From Candidatus Nanohaloarchaea archaeon (GTDB lineage Archaea > Nanohalarchaeota > Nanosalinia > Nanosalinales > Nanosalinaceae): DNA of 64,000 bases. Location of the stretch: positions 512,001 to 576,000 of the forward strand of contig CP046106.1 in the NCBI GenBank assembly GCA_013343275.1, written 5' to 3'. The position numbers and the translations under genes were made by a program. Of this stretch, positions 58,110-64,000 are shown one piece after another (the stretch's first letter is position 1; each line of letters begins with the position of its first letter). Under the pieces are notes generated by a model. The model searched no databases. It had not been told where the DNA came from and saw only the letters and a program-made list of their open reading frames with translations.

Positions 58110-58457
58110 TTATTCAATCAAGTTAAGATCTCCTGTTATACTATCGATTTTAGACTCCGGGGCCGGCCCAATTCCCAGAGCAGTTACCGTGCCTGACTGT
58201 ACCTCGGTCAGACCAGCATCTTTCACAAGATAAGCCGGCAAGCCTTCCTCTTTAGCTTTCTGAAACCGAGACTTAATATCTTTATCTCCGATATCCAGAG
58301 CAATCTTCTTCGAACCCCGGGACTCCCATTCCTTTTTATCCTCCCCATCAGCCCTCTTGTAGGCATTAAGGGAGGCATGACAGGCCTGTGCAATAGACTT
58401 GCCTCTGGACATACCGAGGTCCTCTTTCAGAACTATGGCCTGTTTGTACTCCGTCAT
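58110..58457 (-). CDS. pth2: Peptidyl-tRNA hydrolase Pth2
   Basis: KQAIV, MSRGKSIAQACHA, DAGLTEV..GTVTALGIGP. Confidence 0.96.
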   Translation of the reverse strand: MTEYKQAIVLKEDLGMSRGKSIAQACHASLNAYKRADGEDKKEWESRGSKKIALDIGDKDIKSRFQKAKEEGLPAYLVKDAGLTEVQSGTVTALGIGPAPESKIDSITGDLNLIE

Positions 58458-58664
58458 GTTATCAGATTTTGTTTTTCGGATTTATTAAATAGGGAAACTG
58501 CGTCCACACCACTACAATACCCAACCAATCTTTATTTACCTTTTGGTGACAACACCACAGGGCTGGGAGGGCGTGGTTTCGAATTATGATTTTTGCCTGT
58601 AGACAGGTAGCAGATTTCCTTTCCGAGCAAGGTTATCTGCCAGGATCAGGTTCTATAGGAACTA

Positions 58665-58738
58665 TGGGTTCGCCCAGATTCGAACTGGGGATCTTCGCCT
58701 TGTAAGGGCGACGTCATAACCAACTAGACCACGAACCC
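58665..58738 (-). tRNA. tRNA-Val(TAC)
   Basis: Reverse complement GGGTTCGTGGTCTAGTTGG...TCGCC-CT-TAC-AA-GGCGA...GTTCGAATCTGGGCGAACCCA. Confidence 0.97.
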
Positions 58739-58818
58739 TCTCTCAGCATTCCGACTTCCGGAACAGTGGCCTATCCGCATTGTAAATAGGGAGAAGTAAT
58801 TCTTAAAATAGGAACGGA

Positions 58819-60684
58819 TCAGATTTCCTTGCCGAGAATCGGATCGTAAACAGTTTCTCCCTTCGAAAAGTACGGATACCTTACTCTCGACACTTCCGAA
58901 CCCTGCAGATGGGAACGGGCCTCTTCCTCCGATACCTCGTAATCGATCAGCTCTTCGGCCTCAACACTCTGCTCATCTACCTCAAGATCCAGCACGGACT
59001 CAGTTACCTCATTTGAGTCCTCCTGGACAAGGCCTTTATCTCGCAAAGTATCTATCACTGCAGTAAACTTCGAGAGATCGATATCAAGCTCCTCAAGTAT
59101 CCCTGACTTCTCTCTTCCCTCTTTCAGCATGCTGTAGACCTCCCTCTCAGTACCTGAGACCTTAGGCCTTTCAGCCTTCACATTATTCTTCACTCCATCG
59201 ACTAGAACCTTCTTCTCATCGTTTTCAAGCAGGTAGAGAGGATAGTAGGCCGGCGAATACTTTTCACCCGTTTCAGACTCCAGCTCGCCGCGTGATTTCT
59301 TTGTCTCGAATACATCTACGCTCTCCTTCTCGACGTAGCTGTCAGAGGTCTGTGTCTCTCCTCCATGCTTCGATTTACGTGTCCTAACATCTGTCATGAC
59401 AGGATACTCGTTTCCAAGCACAAAGGCCACTCCAGGAGGCAATGATTTTATCATGTCCTCTACCTCACTGGTTATCCCCTCGAAGGACTTGGATATGGCC
59501 TTGAGATCGTTTGGATTAGTTACTCGAAGGATAAACTGAGTATTGGCCTGCGAAAGAACGTTTTTGTCGATCCTTGCGGGCCTCTGACTGATCACTCCTA
59601 GACCCAAGCCGAATTTACGGCCCTCCGAAGCAATTTTTCTAAGTATTGGATTTGATATTGTCTGGCCGAAACCTTTCTCCGGTGTGAAGTTGTGGGCCTC
59701 CTCTATCACCGTTATGAACGGAGGAATCTGATTCTTCTTCCTGAGATCAAACAGCTTCTTCGCTAGCAGATATGCAGTCATCTCCGCCGTATCCGGCTCA
59801 ACAGCTCTAAGATTGATGATCGTGGCTCTTCCTGGCTCTACAAGATTTTCCAGATCCATCGGATTATCGGAGAAAAGGCCGGAATCATCCAGCTGCTCCA
59901 GATAGTTCAGCAAGTTCCATTTAGCAGTTGAGTCCTCGTTAGATACTGCATCCATCAGATCGTTGAGGTTATAATCCTCGTCTTTCTCCTGTAACCGTTT
60001 CAGCGCGTTGTAAAGTACTCCCATCTGTGAGTTAGTCAGAGAGTCAGGGATCAGAGTCGTGAGCTCTTTTTTCTCGAAGTTCTTCGAGGAGAAACGGAGA
60101 GGTACAGCGTCAGAGTTGATATCAGTGTTAGGTGAGAACTCCTTGATATTATAGGCCTGTTGCTCTTCGTCGTTCTCCGGATTTTCCTGGCGGAGCGAGG
60201 AGTATTCTCCGTGAGGATCAAGTATAAGCACAGGGAAGTCATCTTCCAGCATCTCCTCGATTAAGACTCCCGTTAAATACGATTTTCCAGCTCCAGTCTG
60301 TGCAAGTACTGCGAAGTGCTTGTAGAAGTCTTCTGCATTGACGTGGATGTCGATACCAGGGTTGGTTTCTAGGGAGCCGATGCGGAGGCCGTCGTCTTTG
60401 AGGCCTAGTGTGTCGGAGATGAGTTCCTGGTCTGCTTTGTATACTATTGAGTCCGGTTCTATTACCCTTCTTGGCGCTTTTGTGAGGCCTTTGTCTCTGT
60501 ATCCGATTATGTTGGCGTGGGCCATTGTTTCGCCGTCTGGTTTTTTGGTTACTTCGTCGACCTGGCCTAGTATCCATTTTTCGTTGCTCTTTACTGATAT
60601 GAAGTCGAATTTTCTTACTTCTTCTACTGCTCGGAATTTGAATGATGAGGTGGTGACTTCTCCTTCGATTGTTCCTAGCTGCAT
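58819..60684 (-). CDS. HerA/DUF87-family ATPase with C-terminal extension
   Basis: HAS-barrel-like N-terminus, AQTGAGKS, DPHGEY, IEEAH, EGRKFG, SQRP. Confidence 0.9.
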   Translation of the reverse strand: MQLGTIEGEVTTSSFKFRAVEEVRKFDFISVKSNEKWILGQVDEVTKKPDGETMAHANIIGYRDKGLTKAPRRVIEPDSIVYKADQELISDTLGLKDDGLRIGSLETNPGIDIHVNAEDFYKHFAVLAQTGAGKSYLTGVLIEEMLEDDFPVLILDPHGEYSSLRQENPENDEEQQAYNIKEFSPNTDINSDAVPLRFSSKNFEKKELTTLIPDSLTNSQMGVLYNALKRLQEKDEDYNLNDLMDAVSNEDSTAKWNLLNYLEQLDDSGLFSDNPMDLENLVEPGRATIINLRAVEPDTAEMTAYLLAKKLFDLRKKNQIPPFITVIEEAHNFTPEKGFGQTISNPILRKIASEGRKFGLGLGVISQRPARIDKNVLSQANTQFILRVTNPNDLKAISKSFEGITSEVEDMIKSLPPGVAFVLGNEYPVMTDVRTRKSKHGGETQTSDSYVEKESVDVFETKKSRGELESETGEKYSPAYYPLYLLENDEKKVLVDGVKNNVKAERPKVSGTEREVYSMLKEGREKSGILEELDIDLSKFTAVIDTLRDKGLVQEDSNEVTESVLDLEVDEQSVEAEELIDYEVSEEEARSHLQGSEVSRVRYPYFSKGETVYDPILGKEI

Positions 60685-60774
60685 CGTGTATAATCAGCCG
60701 AGTCGAATATTGATAAAATACTCGATAATTAGGCCGGAGTGGGTTTTAAGAAGATAGTCAACAGATTTCTGAGT

Positions 60775-61233
60775 ATGGAAGTAATGGGCCAGGAGATCTC
60801 AGAGGAACTTCAGGAACAGCTCAAGTATGTAGGTATTTCATTTGCGATACTTGTTGTACTGCTTGCTGGCCATAACCTGCTTGCTCCTGACAGCGATCAG
60901 AAAGTAGGTTACACCGAGATCGATGTACAGTGTCTTGGAGTCAACGCTGGCGGTTTCTGTCTTGGTATGCAGAAACAGACTCATACTACTTACAACTACG
61001 ATAACTATACTGAAGTCGAGCCAGGTACCGCGAACTTCTACCGGAGAGTTGAATCCGAGCTCATGATGCAGGCCTACAATATCTGCGATGAGAAGATGAA
61101 TGGCATGGCCTGGACTGACGAGGCCTCTTACCGTAACAGGACTGCGACAGAGTGGATGCAGAATGAGAACGTGACCCTGCTTCCATGTGAGAAGACTTTC
61201 TTCAGGCCTCTTCCAGAGGATACCTCGAGTTAA
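60775..61233 (+). CDS. Membrane-anchored hypothetical protein with 4 Cys
   Basis: One TM helix then an extracellular domain; ATG at 60775. Confidence 0.75.
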   Translation: MEVMGQEISEELQEQLKYVGISFAILVVLLAGHNLLAPDSDQKVGYTEIDVQCLGVNAGGFCLGMQKQTHTTYNYDNYTEVEPGTANFYRRVESELMMQAYNICDEKMNGMAWTDEASYRNRTATEWMQNENVTLLPCEKTFFRPLPEDTSS

Positions 61234-61275
61234 AAAAATTTCCTTTCCCTAAAGTTTTCTATAGAAGGTGTAAAT

Positions 61276-61773
61276 ATGTCTGAAGAGTTTGAACATGTAG
61301 AAAAGACTTTCGTTGCTTTAAAACCTGATACTGTTAAGAGAGGCCTTATCGGCGATATTATCTCCCGTTTCGAGGATGCAGGTTTCAAGATCTGCGGTAT
61401 GAAGATGGTATGGGCCACAGATGAGCTTCTCGAAGAGCATTACGAGGAGCACGTAGAGAAAGATTTCTACGAGAGGCTTGCAGAGTACATGAAGAAAGGG
61501 CCTGTCGTTGCGATGGTTCTTGAAGGCGTTAATGCTGTTGAGAACATCCGGAAGATCGTTGGAGAGACCGATCCTACTGAGGCCGATCCTTCAACTATCA
61601 GAGGTACTTACGGCCATATCTCGTTCGCTCATGCGGATGGTTCCGGAAGGCTTCACAAGAACCTGATTCACGCATCGGCCGAGCCAGAGGAAGCTGAGAA
61701 GGAGATCAGCATCTGGTTTGAGGACGATGAGATCCACGAGTTCGAGACCGCTCAGGAAGAATGGGTTCGGTAA
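61276..61773 (+). CDS. ndk: Nucleoside diphosphate kinase
   Basis: TFVALKPD, GPVVAMV, TIRG, NLIHAS. Confidence 0.96.
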   Translation: MSEEFEHVEKTFVALKPDTVKRGLIGDIISRFEDAGFKICGMKMVWATDELLEEHYEEHVEKDFYERLAEYMKKGPVVAMVLEGVNAVENIRKIVGETDPTEADPSTIRGTYGHISFAHADGSGRLHKNLIHASAEPEEAEKEISIWFEDDEIHEFETAQEEWVR

Positions 61774-61869
61774 AACCCGTCTTTCCTCATTCTTTTCTCC
61801 AATTTTTTCTTCTGCAGTTCACGGAAATGATTTAATCCTTAACGACGAATTTTTCTACTGTGATTATTT

Positions 61870-62121
61870 ATGGCAGATAATAGACTTTACCGTTCAGAGA
61901 CAGATAGAATCCTGGGAGGAGTATGCGGAGGTATCGCAGAAGTATACGACTTTGATCCTTCCGTAGTCCGGTTGATTACTCTACTACTGATAATTACCGG
62001 AGTAAGTCCTCTACTCTATCTGATCGCATGGCTGATCATCCCTTCCGAAAGCGAGGTTAAAGACCGCGAGAACGTGGAAGTAGATCAGAGCCAGCACGAA
62101 GAACCAGAAGACGAAGAATAA
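61870..62121 (+). CDS. pspC: PspC domain protein
   Basis: LYRSETDRILGGVCGGIAE, YLIAWLIIP. Confidence 0.9.
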   Translation: MADNRLYRSETDRILGGVCGGIAEVYDFDPSVVRLITLLLIITGVSPLLYLIAWLIIPSESEVKDRENVEVDQSQHEEPEDEE

Positions 62122-62126
62122 TTACC

Positions 62127-62238
62127 GAGGACGTCAGCACTCAAAATCAAACCTCTGAAAGCAGTTGAGCGCAGCGATGCTGCTTCTGATGATCGAAATT
62201 TCAGAAGTTCGGTCCCGCAGGGTTCATCATCCGCCCTC
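62127..62238 (-). ncRNA. Box C/D guide sRNA (candidate)
   Basis: Terminal stem GAGGGCG/CGTCCTC; box C ATGATGA; D' CCGA; C' CAGAGGT; box D CTGA. Confidence 0.72.
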
Positions 62239-62246
62239 TATTTTTC

Positions 62247-63896
62247 TTATTCTTTCAGGTCATGTACCTTCTCTATATTGATTTCCAGGCCTGCAGCTGG
62301 ATATTTCAGGTCCCAGTTCTGCATTACCTTCTCTGAGAACTCGCCGATTATTCCTACCCTCTTGTCCTTGAAGTAGATTGCAGCCGACCGCGATTCCTTG
62401 AAGCAGCCGCGGTATTTTTCCTGTAAGTTGAATTCCAGGCCTAGGTCTCTTTCAAGAGTCTGCAGTACTGCTCTTGCGTCTGTATAGTCTTTTTCGTTGC
62501 CTGTTGCTATGTAGGCTAGTTTTTTCTGGTTAGAGGCTCCTGTACTGGAGCTATCGAGCTGTACTACATCTGCTACTTCGAAGAATTCCTGTGGGTAGCT
62601 GTGGTGTCTGTTGTCGTGCAGTGTCTGGAATAGTGAGGGTAGCAGCCAGTTTCTGACTACTTCCTGTTCTCTTCCTGCCGCGTTCGCTACCTCTGCTACA
62701 TCGTCTTCTTCAACCTCCATCCTGTCGAAGATTTTCTCTTTGCTGGACAGGTAGTACGTGTTGGTCTCAAGTGCGCCAGCTCCAGCCATTACATCTCTGA
62801 TCCGATCCTCGAAGTCCTGAAGTGGTTTAATAGAAGCCATCTGATCGACATCCGGCACCTCAGGCTCTATATTGTCGTATCTGTGCGCTATGACTACATC
62901 TTCGATCAGATCATACTGATGCATGAGGTCCGTTCGATAACAGGGTATCTCTACCTTGATCTTGCCGTTATTCTTTTTCCGGATGCCGTACTTCATCATT
63001 TTCAAGCGCTCAACTACTTCTTCCATGGATAGATCGAGACCTGAAATCTCCCTGAAGTATTCAACATCCAGAGTCATCTCATCCGGTGAGAGATCAGGAA
63101 ACTCCTGTCCATCAACCATTACAGACTCTACCTGACCGCCTCTCTCTGCGAGAGCTGTGGAGAGAATATTCAGTGCCTTCAGTACCGTTTCACGATCTTT
63201 ACCCGTAACGTCGATAAATATATCCTGTGTCCCTGTATCAACCTCAGTCAACTGGTTGTTAATAATCGGCGGGAAACTGAGAACCTTCCCTTCACTATCT
63301 TCAATTATAGGATACTTTTCTTCATTCTCCAGAATCCAGGCATACTTCTGACCTTTCTCATGTTCATCTAGGATCTCTCCAAGCTGCATATGCCTATCGT
63401 ACTCCAGTGGCTTGAACGAGACCTTTTCCGGCTCTACAGCTTTGTAAGTAAATGGTTCCTCGACTGTAGACAGATCATGAAGGCCTATCGCCAGTTTATC
63501 TCTCCTGCGGCCCATAGTCTCGTGCATCTTCTCCTGTAGCTGTATCAAACCGTTAATTTTCTTCTCAGATAGGTCAAGTCCGCGGACAACAGCTCCTCCG
63601 ATGAAAGGCCTTACATCTTCGACCGATTCATCAACTTCTACCTCGACAAAGCCGTCATCTACGCTGTAATCTTTCCTACCTGTTTCTATGTCGAAGAATC
63701 CTCTGTATGCTCTGGCAAGGCCTTCTACTGAAAGCAGGTCGGGCCTGTTCGGATATGTTTCGACTTCGCAGACGTTGCCGTCGATGCGGTGCCAGTGCGC
63801 TCCAAGCATCGAACCCTCTTCAATCATTCTTTCGTTTTCGATCTCTTCTCCTACAAGTTCGTCGAACTCTCTCTTATCAACTTCAATATTTGGCAT
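62247..63896 (-). CDS. pheT: Phenylalanine--tRNA ligase beta subunit
   Basis: NRPDLLS.EG, LSFPPIIN, YRTDLMHQYDLIED; ATG 63896 overlaps the pheS stop. Confidence 0.96.
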   Translation of the reverse strand: MPNIEVDKREFDELVGEEIENERMIEEGSMLGAHWHRIDGNVCEVETYPNRPDLLSVEGLARAYRGFFDIETGRKDYSVDDGFVEVEVDESVEDVRPFIGGAVVRGLDLSEKKINGLIQLQEKMHETMGRRRDKLAIGLHDLSTVEEPFTYKAVEPEKVSFKPLEYDRHMQLGEILDEHEKGQKYAWILENEEKYPIIEDSEGKVLSFPPIINNQLTEVDTGTQDIFIDVTGKDRETVLKALNILSTALAERGGQVESVMVDGQEFPDLSPDEMTLDVEYFREISGLDLSMEEVVERLKMMKYGIRKKNNGKIKVEIPCYRTDLMHQYDLIEDVVIAHRYDNIEPEVPDVDQMASIKPLQDFEDRIRDVMAGAGALETNTYYLSSKEKIFDRMEVEEDDVAEVANAAGREQEVVRNWLLPSLFQTLHDNRHHSYPQEFFEVADVVQLDSSSTGASNQKKLAYIATGNEKDYTDARAVLQTLERDLGLEFNLQEKYRGCFKESRSAAIYFKDKRVGIIGEFSEKVMQNWDLKYPAAGLEINIEKVHDLKE

Positions 63897-64000
63897 TATC
63901 GATCTCCTCCATTGCTTGGCCTCCATTTAGGAGTTTCCTCCAAGATTTCAATATCATTCCTATAAAGCTCTCGGATGTCCTGTATCTCTGCGGCTTTCAT
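63896..64000 (-). CDS. pheS: Phenylalanine--tRNA ligase alpha subunit, 3' end (partial)
   Basis: MKAAEIQDIRELYRNDIEIL...*; IxDIR signature directly upstream of pheT. Confidence 0.85.
   Translation of the reverse strand: MKAAEIQDIRELYRNDIEILEETPKWRPSNGGDR

Noticed and set aside
58743-58780. Possible C/D sRNA in the tRNA-Val leader (ATGCGGA...CTGA, minus strand)
   Set aside because: Only 38 nt, box C lacks the GA needed for the K-turn, and there is no terminal stem; more likely a leader with a small hairpin.

Overview
This is a gene-dense archaeal chromosome segment with an acidic (halophilic) proteome, many leaderless genes and DPANN-type gene content; it is most consistent with Nanohaloarchaeota (inference). 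Housekeeping blocks: rpl44e-rps27e-aIF2a-nop10-PAC2-rpo6-eno-rps2; rpl7ae-rps28e-rpl24e-[GH1]-aIF5B-nreA; an XPD helicase; a Suf Fe-S system split by an ~8.4 kb regulator/efflux/immunity block; flpA/nop5; tRNA-processing genes; thrS; rps19e-rpl39e-rpl31e-aIF6; ppsA; truD/pth2; a HerA-like ATPase; ndk; pheT/pheS. RNA genes are tRNA-Gly(TCC) and tRNA-Val(TAC). The main non-obvious signals are: (1) a box C/D guide RNA after pheT whose D guide fits C34 of a CAA-anticodon tRNA and which carries an internal insert; (2) that insert is 24/28 identical to a hairpin mini-element repeated behind duplicated tRNA-Gly 3' ends; (3) strong window-wide iteration of the palindrome AGGCCT; (4) a triplicated membrane-protein/XRE/SdpI locus with an in-frame TGA; (5) a shared DtxR-like box before sufB and sufC; (6) a PEP synthase-winged-helix fusion; (7) an apparent deletion scar joining a minD 5' fragment to another truncated gene. 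All family assignments come from motif recognition by eye, not from database searches.
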